Assembly (NCBI GenBank): GCA_902535505.1
Contig: CACATS010000002.1
Span: 4,049-68,048 of the forward strand
Reading direction: 5' to 3'
DNA length: 64,000 nucleotides
From: an uncultured Pelagibacteraceae bacterium
GTDB taxonomy: Bacteria; Pseudomonadota; Alphaproteobacteria; Pelagibacterales; Pelagibacteraceae
In this document: in pieces, positions 51,115-60,443 of the stretch
Layout: each line of letters begins with the position of its first letter
How positions within the stretch are numbered: position 1 is the stretch's first letter
Program-made: the position numbers and the translations under genes
The notes under the pieces: model-generated
Told to the model about the DNA's origin: nothing
What the model saw: only the letters and a program-made list of their open reading frames with translations
Database searches by the model: none

Positions 51115-51767
51115 GTCAGTTAACTTTCAAATTTCCTTTCAAAAAAAAATATTTCGAGCAAGATTTTTTTGTTTCAAGTAATAATTTTTCTGCGTACAAA
51201 TTGATAGAAAGTTGGCCAAACTGGCCAGGCAAGTGGCTTAATGTTTATGGTGCTTCAGGTTCAGGAAAAACTCATTTATCAAAAATTTTAGAAAAAAGGA
51301 TCAAAAAAATTATAATCTTAGATGAAAATAAAGTTAATGATAAAGTTATATCTGAACTCAATAAAAATGAGTGTTTAATAATTGATGATTACAAAAATAA
51401 AATTGATGAAAAATTATTTTATTCTATTTTGAATCACTCAAAACAATTAGATAACTTTATTTTAATAAATAGTTTTAAACCAATTAGTAAATTTACTTTC
51501 ATGCTTAATGATCTTGAATCAAGAATTAATAGCTTTATAGATATTGGAATTGATCTACCACCAGACGATTTATTACATGTCATTATTTCAAAATCATTTT
51601 CGGAAAAGCAAATAACTATAAGTCCAAGAATTTCTGATTATATTGTGAAAAATGTTGAGAGATCTTATTCAAAAATGTTTAAATTTCTTAAAGATGTTGA
51701 TGATTTGTCTTTATCTTCTGGAAAATCAATAAATATTAATCTAATAAAAAAAGTACTAAATAAATGA
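51111..51767 (+). CDS. hda: DnaA regulatory inactivator HdaA
   Basis: N-terminal beta-clamp motif QLTFKF; [10 protein letters not shown]; DLESR; ERS. Confidence 0.82.
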   Translation: MSQLTFKFPFKKKYFEQDFFVSSNNFSAYKLIESWPNWPGKWLNVYGASGSGKTHLSKILEKRIKKIIILDENKVNDKVISELNKNECLIIDDYKNKIDEKLFYSILNHSKQLDNFILINSFKPISKFTFMLNDLESRINSFIDIGIDLPPDDLLHVIISKSFSEKQITISPRISDYIVKNVERSYSKMFKFLKDVDDLSLSSGKSININLIKKVLNK

Positions 51768-53551
51768 ATAAATTTAGAACTCATAGCTGTTCGGAACTAA
51801 GTGAAAAAGATCTTGATAAAAAAGTAATAATTTCTGGTTGGCTTCACAGAAGACGAGATCATGGAAATTTAATTTTTATTGACATAAGAGATCATTATGG
51901 AATCACTCAATGTGTAACAGAAAATAATAATGAATTTTTTTCTATTTTAGAAAAAATTAACCCTGAATCTGTTCTTAAAATAACTGGAAAAGTAATTAAA
52001 CGAAAAAAAGAAACAGAAAATTTGGAATTAAAAACTGGAAAAATTGAAATAAAGATTCATAATTTGGAAATTTTATCGAATGCAAATGAGTTGCCTATTC
52101 CAGTTTTTGGTGAACAAGATTACCCTGAAGATATTAGGCTTAAATATAGGTTCTTAGACTTAAGACGTGAAGAGATGCATAAAAATATAGTGCTAAGATC
52201 TAAAGTAATTTCATTTATAAGATCAGAAATGTTACGTTTAGGTTTCTTAGAATTTCAAACTCCAATTTTGACATCCTCAAGTCCTGAGGGAGCTAGAGAT
52301 TTTTTAGTTCCAAGTAGATTAAATCCTGGTAAATTTTATGCTTTACCACAAGCCCCACAACAATTTAAACAACTGATAATGGTCTCTGGGTTTGATAAAT
52401 ATTTTCAAATAGCTCCATGTTTTAGAGACGAAGATGCCAGAGCCGATAGAAGCCCGGGAGAGTTTTATCAACTTGATTTAGAAATGTCATTTGTGGAGCA
52501 AGAAGATATATTCGGAGTAGTGGAAAATCTTCTTTTGAATTTATTTAAGAAATTTTCCTCTAAAAAAATTTTATCAGAAAAATTTCCAAGGATACCATAT
52601 CAAGATGCAATGCTTAAATATGGTACTGATAAACCTGATTTGAGAAATCCCTTAGTGATCCAAGATGTAACAAATATTTTTGAAAGAGATGATGTAAAAT
52701 TTGATATATTTAAAAAACTTGTTAAATCTGGCTCTAAGGTCAGAGCAATAGTTACAAAAAATACGAAAAATAAACCAAGAAGTTTTTTTGACAATATTGA
52801 TAAATGGGCTAAAGACCAAGGAGCTTCTGGATTGGCATATTTTACTTTTGAAAAAGAAAAAACAATTTCTGCCAAAGGCCCTGTAGGTAAATTTTTTAGT
52901 GAGGATGCTCTCATGGCAGTAAAAAAACAATGTGAAGCAGAAATAGGTGATAGTGTATTTTTTGCTTGTGGAAAAGAAAATGATGTAGAAAAAATCTTAT
53001 CCAACGCAAGAAATAAAATTGCTGAAGATTTAAAAATTATAAATGATGATATTTTTGCATTTTGCTGGATTGTAGATTATCCTATGTTTGAAAAAGATGA
53101 AAAAACAAATAAAATCATCTTTAGTCATAATCCTTTTTCAATGCCTCAAGGAGACATTAAAAATATGAAATTTGATAAACCATTAGAAATTAAAGCCTAT
53201 CAATATGACATTGTTTGTAATGGAGTGGAACTGTCATCAGGTGCAATAAGAAATCACATACCTGAATTAATGTATAAGTTATTTTCTATAGTTGGATACA
53301 GCAAAAAGGATGTGAATGATAAATTTAGTGGAATGATAAATGCTCTAAGTTATGGAGCGCCTCCTCATGGAGGAATCGCACCTGGAATAGACAGAATAGT
53401 AATGCTTTTAGCGAATAAGAATAATATTAGAGAGGTAACTTTATTTCCCATGAATCAAAATGCACAAGATTTAATGATGTCTGCTCCCTCTGATGTTGAG
53501 GCTAAACAATTAAAAGAACTTAGTCTTAAATTAGATATAAAAAAATATTAG
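51764..53551 (+). CDS. aspS: aspartate--tRNA ligase
   Basis: [22 protein letters not shown] and [11 protein letters not shown] motifs. Confidence 0.97.
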   Translation: MNKFRTHSCSELSEKDLDKKVIISGWLHRRRDHGNLIFIDIRDHYGITQCVTENNNEFFSILEKINPESVLKITGKVIKRKKETENLELKTGKIEIKIHNLEILSNANELPIPVFGEQDYPEDIRLKYRFLDLRREEMHKNIVLRSKVISFIRSEMLRLGFLEFQTPILTSSSPEGARDFLVPSRLNPGKFYALPQAPQQFKQLIMVSGFDKYFQIAPCFRDEDARADRSPGEFYQLDLEMSFVEQEDIFGVVENLLLNLFKKFSSKKILSEKFPRIPYQDAMLKYGTDKPDLRNPLVIQDVTNIFERDDVKFDIFKKLVKSGSKVRAIVTKNTKNKPRSFFDNIDKWAKDQGASGLAYFTFEKEKTISAKGPVGKFFSEDALMAVKKQCEAEIGDSVFFACGKENDVEKILSNARNKIAEDLKIINDDIFAFCWIVDYPMFEKDEKTNKIIFSHNPFSMPQGDIKNMKFDKPLEIKAYQYDIVCNGVELSSGAIRNHIPELMYKLFSIVGYSKKDVNDKFSGMINALSYGAPPHGGIAPGIDRIVMLLANKNNIREVTLFPMNQNAQDLMMSAPSDVEAKQLKELSLKLDIKKY

Positions 53552-54354
53552 TTTTTTGTCTTTAAATTAATTCTAACGTCTGAGAGGTCAATTAATTTTT
53601 CTTTTAAATTACTTCTTACAAAACCTTTAGATGTAATATTTTTGACTATTTTAAGAAATTTATCGTCAGTATTTTCATCAGACACAGAATTTGAACTTGC
53701 AATAGACGGGGTATGAGCTAGTTCTTCTTTACCAAGATAAGAAATCGCTAGTTCTCTAAACACATAGTCTAAAATAGATGATGCGCTTAATATCCTATCA
53801 TTACCAATTACATTTCCTGAAGGTTCAAATTTTGTGTCAATAAAAGCATCGACATACTCATCCAGAGGCACTCCATATTGTAATCCAAGCGAGATAGCTA
53901 TTGCAAAGTTATTCATCATTGCTTTTACTAATTCTCCCTCTTTATTAGTGTCTATAAATATTTCACCAATTTTTCCATCGTCATATTCACCTGTGTGAAG
54001 ATAAACTTTATGGTCTCCTATTTGCGCCTTTTGTATATATCCTTTTCGTCTATCAGGCATTTTAAACCTTGTATTATTTTTTGGTTTAATGTTTGTGCTT
54101 TCTATTGATTTTTTATTGATGGATGCTGAAATGTTTTTAGTTACTGATGAATCAACCTTAATACTATCATTTTTACTATCTTTTTTTTCACCAATTTTCT
54201 TCGTCTTTCTATTATTTAATTTAACGTCAATTACTTCAACGCTGCCATCGTTTCTTTCATCTATTTTAGATAGTTCTTTATCATTTAGATCATTTAAAGT
54301 ATGAACGGTTTTGAAAGTACAAGTGTAATAAGTTTCTACAATGAATTTTTTCAT
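53548..54354 (-). CDS. stand-alone NrdJ C-terminal (TSCPD-like) domain protein with unrecognised N-terminus
   Basis: [64 protein letters not shown] matches the C-terminal part of alphaproteobacterial B12-dependent RNR; no catalytic barrel. Confidence 0.8.
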   Translation of the reverse strand: MKKFIVETYYTCTFKTVHTLNDLNDKELSKIDERNDGSVEVIDVKLNNRKTKKIGEKKDSKNDSIKVDSSVTKNISASINKKSIESTNIKPKNNTRFKMPDRRKGYIQKAQIGDHKVYLHTGEYDDGKIGEIFIDTNKEGELVKAMMNNFAIAISLGLQYGVPLDEYVDAFIDTKFEPSGNVIGNDRILSASSILDYVFRELAISYLGKEELAHTPSIASSNSVSDENTDDKFLKIVKNITSKGFVRSNLKEKLIDLSDVRINLKTKN

Positions 54355-54454
54355 AATATATTGGAATCTGCTCACATAAGATATATATTAATGCCAAGAA
54401 GTGTCTATAAATTAATTATACACTTCTTAATTGTGTGGATTTAAAATTTTAAAA

Positions 54455-54805
54455 ATGAGTATAAAAATAATTTTTACTTGGTGGAATAGACAAACATTAG
54501 GAACATTTTTTAAAACCTTATTTACGGGTACTTTTGTAGGAAAAGATACATTTGGAAATAAATATTATAAAAACAAAAACGATGAAAGATGGGTAATTTA
54601 CTCCAAGGAAATTGAAGCGACAAAAATAACTGCTGATTGGTATCACTGGATTCACCATACAACTGATAAAATTCCCAGTGAAAGTGATAGTAAATTTTTT
54701 TGGCAAAAAGAGCATTCTGAAAACAAAACTGGAACCACAAAAAGCTATAGGCCTGTTAAGATAAAAAAAGAGAACAATTTTAAGAAATATGAAACATGGA
54801 AATAA
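54455..54805 (+). CDS. NADH:ubiquinone oxidoreductase 17.2 kDa subunit (NDUFA12 family)
   Basis: VGKDTFGNKYY, RWVIY, WYHWIH, ENKTGT and YETW motifs. Confidence 0.88.
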   Translation: MSIKIIFTWWNRQTLGTFFKTLFTGTFVGKDTFGNKYYKNKNDERWVIYSKEIEATKITADWYHWIHHTTDKIPSESDSKFFWQKEHSENKTGTTKSYRPVKIKKENNFKKYETWK

Positions 54806-55289
54806 TTTGAAAACTACTTATTTTTTTTTAGTATTTTTTTTTTCAAACATTGCTTTATCTGAAGAAAAAATTTTAAGTTCACCATTAATGAATCTTGAAC
54901 AAATTCAACCTAGTTTCGAGGTCTCAGAAGATGAAAATGAAAGTTTTTCCACAAATTTAATAAGAGAAAAAAAAAATGATAAAAAAAATAATTCGCACGC
55001 TGTTTTAATTGGTTTAGATAAAATAACTGCAAAATCGTCTAAGATTCAAGTTAATCTAAATGAAAAAAAAGAATTTGGACCATTAGAAATTAAAATTTTA
55101 AAATGTGGTAAGGTAAAAGTAAATAATCAAGTAAATGACGTAGCTTATATGCAAGTAAAGGATCTCACAAAAAATGAAAATGAAAAAGTTTATATATTTA
55201 ATGGTTGGACTTTTTCCTCTGACCCTAATTTAACTCCCTTTGATCACGCAATATATGATTTGCAGCTATTGAATTGCAATAAAGTTTAA
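54789..55289 (+). CDS. DUF2155 family exported protein
   Basis: GLDKITA...FGPLEI...IFNGWTFSSDP..FDHAIYD. Confidence 0.78.
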   Translation: MKHGNNLKTTYFFLVFFFSNIALSEEKILSSPLMNLEQIQPSFEVSEDENESFSTNLIREKKNDKKNNSHAVLIGLDKITAKSSKIQVNLNEKKEFGPLEIKILKCGKVKVNNQVNDVAYMQVKDLTKNENEKVYIFNGWTFSSDPNLTPFDHAIYDLQLLNCNKV

Positions 55290-56623
55290 AAAAATGATTC
55301 TTTTTCTAACCAATTAGTGTCAAAATCTGATTTTATGAATTTTTTGTGATTAAGTATTTTTTTATGTAAATCTATAGTTGTAGTTATCCCCTCAAGTACA
55401 AATTCATCAAGCGATCTCAAAGTTCTTTGAATAGCTTCGGTACGATTTCTTCCTTTACAAATCACTTTTGCAATTAAACTATCGTAATAAGGAGTAACTT
55501 TACAACCCTGAAAGACTGAACCGTCCACTCTGGTTCTAAAACCGGAAGGCTGATGACAAACACTAATTGTTCCAGGACTAGGTTGAAAATTCAAAGAAGG
55601 ATTTTCTGCATTGATTCTGCACTCAATGGTATGTCCCCTAGGATTTATATCGCTTTGCTTTAAAGCAGTTTCACCTGTATAGGCGATCCAAAGTTGCTCT
55701 TTAACGATATCAATACCGGTTTGAACTTCAGTCACAGGATGCTCAACTTGAACTCTAGTATTCATCTCTAAAAAATAAAATTTACCATTTTCATAGATAA
55801 ACTCTACAGTTCCAGCACCTTCATAATTTATTTGTTCAACCATTTTTACCGTTTTTTCTAACAAATTCTTTCTTTGATCATCAGTTATCACTGGACTAGG
55901 AGTCTCTTCAATTAATTTCTGATGCCTTCTTTGAACAGAGCAGTCTCTTTCTCCAAGTTGAACAGTTTTATTTTTTCCTGACATAATTTGTACTTCGATA
56001 TGCCTCGGGTTTTTAAAATATTTTTCGATATAAAGTTCATCATTATTAAAAAATTTTTTAGCCTCAGATTTTGCTGCAAGGAAAAGGCTTTCTAATTTTC
56101 CCTCTTCATCTACTATTTTCATACCTTTTCCACCTCCACCACCAGCAGCTTTAATTAAAACTGGATATCCGATTTCTTTACAAATTGATTTAGCTTCACC
56201 CAAAGATTTAACTCCACCCTCTGAACCTTCAATAACTGGTAAACCGTACCTCTTTGCAACACGTTTAGCTTCTATTTTGTCTCCCATCATTGAAATTATT
56301 TTAGCACTTGGGCCTATAAATTTTATTCCATGCTTATTCACAATTTCTGAAAATTTTGCATTTTCTGATAGAAATCCATATCCTGGATGAACAGCTTCAG
56401 CCCCAGTTAAATCTACAGCAGACATTATTGATGAAATATTTAAATAACTATTTTGAGGTTGGTGTGAGCCAATACATACGCTTTCATCTGCTAGTCTAAC
56501 ATGCATTGAATCTGCATCCACATCAGAATGTACTGCAACGGTTTTAATTCCCCATTCTTTGCAAGCTCTGATTACTCTAACAGCTATTTCACCTCTGTTA
56601 GCTATTAAGACTTTATTAAACAT
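55286..56623 (-). CDS. accC: acetyl-CoA carboxylase biotin carboxylase
   Basis: IANRGEIA, HPGYGFLSEN, RDCSVQRRHQK and EMNTRVQVEH motifs. Confidence 0.96.
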   Translation of the reverse strand: MFNKVLIANRGEIAVRVIRACKEWGIKTVAVHSDVDADSMHVRLADESVCIGSHQPQNSYLNISSIMSAVDLTGAEAVHPGYGFLSENAKFSEIVNKHGIKFIGPSAKIISMMGDKIEAKRVAKRYGLPVIEGSEGGVKSLGEAKSICKEIGYPVLIKAAGGGGGKGMKIVDEEGKLESLFLAAKSEAKKFFNNDELYIEKYFKNPRHIEVQIMSGKNKTVQLGERDCSVQRRHQKLIEETPSPVITDDQRKNLLEKTVKMVEQINYEGAGTVEFIYENGKFYFLEMNTRVQVEHPVTEVQTGIDIVKEQLWIAYTGETALKQSDINPRGHTIECRINAENPSLNFQPSPGTISVCHQPSGFRTRVDGSVFQGCKVTPYYDSLIAKVICKGRNRTEAIQRTLRSLDEFVLEGITTTIDLHKKILNHKKFIKSDFDTNWLEKESFF

Positions 56624-56630
56624 TATTAAA

Positions 56631-57056
56631 TTATTTTAAAAGAACTAAGGTTTGACCAAATTCTACTGGTTGACCATCCTCAATCAGTATCTTTTTAACT
56701 TCTCCATTAGCAGTAGAAGGAACATGATTCATTGTTTTCATTGCTTCTACAATCATTACGGTTTGTCCTTTTCTAATCTTATCTCCTACCTCAACAAATT
56801 TTTTTGCTCCTGGCTCCGGTGCTAGGTAAGCAGTACCGATTATTGGAGATTTGATTCTCACACCATCAATTTCATCTGATGATTTTAAAACTGATTTATT
56901 CGGAGAGACAACTGCGCTTGTTTTTACTTGATCAATCAATTTAGATGCTTTTGATACTTTAATTTTTATTTGCCCTTCCTGATATTCTAATTCAGAGAGT
57001 TCAAATTCTTTTAGATTGTCTACAAGTTCTTTAATTAATTTTTTATCTATTTTCAT
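56631..57056 (-). CDS. accB: biotin carboxyl carrier protein
   Basis: EAMKTMN biotinylation motif. Confidence 0.96.
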   Translation of the reverse strand: MKIDKKLIKELVDNLKEFELSELEYQEGQIKIKVSKASKLIDQVKTSAVVSPNKSVLKSSDEIDGVRIKSPIIGTAYLAPEPGAKKFVEVGDKIRKGQTVMIVEAMKTMNHVPSTANGEVKKILIEDGQPVEFGQTLVLLK

Positions 57057-57489
57057 TTTCTAAAATTCTTTTCATAGCTTTTAATGACATTATATAGCCC
57101 TCGGCTCCAAAACCGCAAATAATACCATTAGCAACTTTACTAATTAAGGATTTGTGCCTGAATTCTTCTCTATTATATATGTTGCTTATATGCAATTCAA
57201 TAATTGGAATTTTTAATATTTTTAAAGCGTCATGAATAGCTACAGATGTATGAGTATAACCACCAGCATTAATAATAACACCATCTTGATTGTTTCTTGA
57301 ATTTTGTATTTGATTGATTAGTTCTCCTTCAATATTTGACTGAAATAATGAAAGTCTAACATTATTTTTTTTAGCAAATTCTTTACAATTGTTCTCAATT
57401 TCTTTTAAGGTTAGATTTCCGTATTGTTTTTTTTCTCTTTCACCTAAAAGGTTGAGGTTTGGTCCATTAAGAACTATAATTTTATTCAT
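57043..57489 (-). CDS. aroQ: type II 3-dehydroquinate dehydratase
   Basis: NGPNLNLLGERE, THTSVA and HISNIYNREEFRH motifs; start ATG 57489. Confidence 0.95.
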   Translation of the reverse strand: MNKIIVLNGPNLNLLGEREKKQYGNLTLKEIENNCKEFAKKNNVRLSLFQSNIEGELINQIQNSRNNQDGVIINAGGYTHTSVAIHDALKILKIPIIELHISNIYNREEFRHKSLISKVANGIICGFGAEGYIMSLKAMKRILENENR

Positions 57490-57517
57490 AAGTTTCTTAG
57501 TATTGAATAACTTAATT

Positions 57518-57721
57518 ATGGCAAAAATACAATTAAATGGAAAAAAAGTAGTTATAAATTCAAAATATTCGATATTCGATCTTTTAAAAAAATACAATTT
57601 GGCTAATAAAAAAATAGCAGTTGAACATAATGGCGTAATAGTTCCTAAGTTAATGTTTAAAAAAAAATATTTAAAAAACAATGATAGGTTAGAAATAGTG
57701 CACTTTATAGGGGGAGGGTAA
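57518..57721 (+). CDS. thiS: sulfur carrier protein ThiS
   Basis: MAKIQLNG...[10 protein letters not shown]...[12 protein letters not shown] with C-terminal GG. Confidence 0.93.
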   Translation: MAKIQLNGKKVVINSKYSIFDLLKKYNLANKKIAVEHNGVIVPKLMFKKKYLKNNDRLEIVHFIGGG

Positions 57722-57722
57722 T

Positions 57723-58496
57723 TTGAAAAAAGATATTTTTAAAGTTGCAGGCAAATCTCTTAAATCCAGACTCATTGTTGGCACTGGAAAATATAAAAGT
57801 TTATTAGAGACTGCCAAAGCAGTCAAAGCCTCAGGCGCTAGTATGGTAACTGTAGCTGTTAGACGAGTAAATATTTTGGATAAAAAAAAACCATTATTGA
57901 GCGACTATATCGATCCTAAAAAAATAATTTTTTTACCAAATACAGCTGGTTGCTTTACTTCTGAAGAAGCTTTACGAACTTTGCGATTAGCCCGAGAAAT
58001 GGGAGGTTGGAAATTAGTCAAATTAGAAGTTCTAGGCGATAAAAAAACTCTATACCCAAATATGATAGAGACAGTTAAGTCTACTAATATACTTGTAAAA
58101 GAGGGTTTTAAAGTTATGGTTTATTGCACTGATGATCCATTGTTAGCAAAAAAATTAGAAGATAATGGAGCTTCTGCCATTATGCCTCTCGCTTCCCCAA
58201 TAGGTTCAGGTTTAGGGTTACAAAATAGAGTAAATATTTCATTAATAATAAAACAATCTAAAGTTCCAGTTATAGTCGACGCAGGAATAGGCACAGCATC
58301 AGACGCAACTATTGCTATGGAACTAGGCTGTGATGGTGTTTTAATCAATAGTGCAATAGCTCAAGCTAAGAAACCTATATTAATGGCAAAAGCTTTTAGG
58401 GACGCAGTAATTTCAGGTAGAAATTCTTATTTGGCTGGGAGAATGGACAAGAATTATTTCGCGGCAGCAAGTTCGCCAATTAAAGGCTTAATTTAA
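57723..58496 (+). CDS. thiG: thiazole synthase
   Basis: [32 protein letters not shown] and VDAGIG motifs. Confidence 0.96.
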   Translation: MKKDIFKVAGKSLKSRLIVGTGKYKSLLETAKAVKASGASMVTVAVRRVNILDKKKPLLSDYIDPKKIIFLPNTAGCFTSEEALRTLRLAREMGGWKLVKLEVLGDKKTLYPNMIETVKSTNILVKEGFKVMVYCTDDPLLAKKLEDNGASAIMPLASPIGSGLGLQNRVNISLIIKQSKVPVIVDAGIGTASDATIAMELGCDGVLINSAIAQAKKPILMAKAFRDAVISGRNSYLAGRMDKNYFAAASSPIKGLI

Positions 58497-60296
58497 TTTT
58501 TTTTTTCTTCTAATCCATAATGTTCTTAGATTTTTTTTAGTTTTAGCCTTTTTTATTTCTTTTTTGGGTTTTTTTACTTCTTTTTTTTCTTTAGCAATAT
58601 CAATTTTAGATTTTTTGATACTAATAATATTTTCTAAGTGTTCTATTTTATTTATTAATTTTTTTGATTTGTTTAATAATTCAATTTTATATTCAGGTAT
58701 AATTAGTTCTTTATTAGATAAAATTTCAACTTTGAAAGAGTATTTTTTTTGAAAATATTTCAATTCCTCAAGCAAGTTTTTTTCTATATAGAGTTTTACT
58801 TTTTCTGGCACATACGATTTGACTATTTTGACTTTATCACTAAAAGCTAAATACTGAATTTTTTTTAAAATTTTCTGAGAAAACGAACTTAAAGATAATT
58901 GAGTTTCCCATTTTATAGAACCTTCTCTTAGTCTTTGTCTTGTCATTTCCAATAATCCAAAGTTGCTTATTTTTCCTATTTGTATTCTAGCCCTATCTTT
59001 TCTAATACTTTCTCTAACTTTTTTTTCAACTGTACGTCTGTTATAAAAATTCATCATATCTATGAAATCTATGACTATTAACCCTGATAAATCTCTTAAC
59101 TTTATTTGTCGGGCAATTTCCTCTGCAGCTTCTAAATTTGTATTTAATGCAGTTTTTTCAATATTTGTCTGTTTTGTTGACTGGCCTGAATTTATGTCGA
59201 TTGATACTAAAGCTTCGGTGGGATTTATTACTATATATCCTCCTGATTTAAGCTTTACAGAAGGTTCAAAAATGTTATTTAATTCTTTTTCTATGTTTGC
59301 ATCTTGAAATAATGGTTTTTTACCTCTGTATTTTTTAATATTTTTTACGTTTCTAGGCATTAACTCTTTCATGAATTTTTTTGCTTTTTGATAGGCTTCA
59401 TTGCCTTCAATATAGATGTTTTTAGTATCATTATCGTAAGTATCTCTTAAGGTTCTTTTAATAATATCGCCCTCTTCATAAACTAAAGAAGGTGCATTAG
59501 AGTCTATAGCTTTATCTTTAATTTCCTCCCAAGTTTTTAAAGTATTTTGAAAATCTTTTTCAATTTCATTTTTAGTTTTATTGGCTCCTGCAGTCCTAAC
59601 AATTACTCCCATGCTTTTTGGTATTTGAATTTCATTCAAAATAGTTCTTATTTTTTGTCTATCAGAAGAATTAAAAATTTTTCGTGATATACCACCTCCT
59701 TTAGGAGTGTTAGGCATTAAAACCATATACTTTCCAGCTAATGAGATGAAAGTAGTTAAAGCAGCTCCTTTTTGACCCCTTTCTTCTTTTATAACCTGAA
59801 TTAAGACAACTTGGCCGGGCTTGATAACTTCTTGAATTTTATATCTCTTTATACCGTATGATGATTTAATCTCCTCTCTATACTCCTTTTTTTCTATTTC
59901 ACCTGATTTAAGTGGCTCACTATTTTCTACACTAGCGTTTTCTTGAGAGGAATTTGATGATGAATTCTCACCAGCATCACCCAAATTTTTATTTTTCAAA
60001 TTTTCTCTTATTTCCTCTTCAGCCTCTTTAATTTTTTCCTTATCCTCAGAAGGAATTTGGTAATAGTCTGATTGAATGTCGTTAAAAGCTAAAAACCCAT
60101 GCCTATCTCTACCAAAATTCACAAAAGCTGCTTGCAAAGATGGCTCAACTCTACTTATTGTTCCTAAGTAAATATTATTCTTAAAAGTTAAATTGTTCTT
60201 ATCTTCAAATTCATACTCTTCAATTGAATGAGTAGATTTAAGAATAATACGTGTTTCATTTGGATGCGAGGCATCAATATATAAATTTTTTTCCAT
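58488..60296 (-). CDS. rne: ribonuclease E/G
   Basis: S1 domain with acidic insert; [29 protein letters not shown] and [10 protein letters not shown] motifs. Confidence 0.93.
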   Translation of the reverse strand: MEKNLYIDASHPNETRIILKSTHSIEEYEFEDKNNLTFKNNIYLGTISRVEPSLQAAFVNFGRDRHGFLAFNDIQSDYYQIPSEDKEKIKEAEEEIRENLKNKNLGDAGENSSSNSSQENASVENSEPLKSGEIEKKEYREEIKSSYGIKRYKIQEVIKPGQVVLIQVIKEERGQKGAALTTFISLAGKYMVLMPNTPKGGGISRKIFNSSDRQKIRTILNEIQIPKSMGVIVRTAGANKTKNEIEKDFQNTLKTWEEIKDKAIDSNAPSLVYEEGDIIKRTLRDTYDNDTKNIYIEGNEAYQKAKKFMKELMPRNVKNIKKYRGKKPLFQDANIEKELNNIFEPSVKLKSGGYIVINPTEALVSIDINSGQSTKQTNIEKTALNTNLEAAEEIARQIKLRDLSGLIVIDFIDMMNFYNRRTVEKKVRESIRKDRARIQIGKISNFGLLEMTRQRLREGSIKWETQLSLSSFSQKILKKIQYLAFSDKVKIVKSYVPEKVKLYIEKNLLEELKYFQKKYSFKVEILSNKELIIPEYKIELLNKSKKLINKIEHLENIISIKKSKIDIAKEKKEVKKPKKEIKKAKTKKNLRTLWIRRKKKLN

Positions 60297-60443
60297 TTTG
60301 ATTGAATTCCTTTTATTTTTGTAAAAACTGTGAATTTTAATTTAGTCATATGGTTATTTTATACGATTTTAACTATAAATACACATAATTAAATTTAAAT
60401 GCCCAAAGAAAGTCAAATTTTTTAACAATATTATAAAGGTTAG

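Noticed and set aside
54376-54430. NrdR box or cobalamin riboswitch upstream of the NrdJ relic
   Set aside because: No convincing match to the NrdR palindrome, and the gap is too short for a B12 riboswitch
57389-57681. Apparent long head-to-head overlap of aroQ and thiS
   Set aside because: Artefact of longest-ORF starts; the conserved proteins begin at 57489 and 57518
524-59307. Many short antisense or nested ORFs in the track (e.g. 23836-24132, 32674-33270, 52600-53004)
   Set aside because: They lie within or opposite well-supported genes and have no recognisable motifs, as expected for shadow frames
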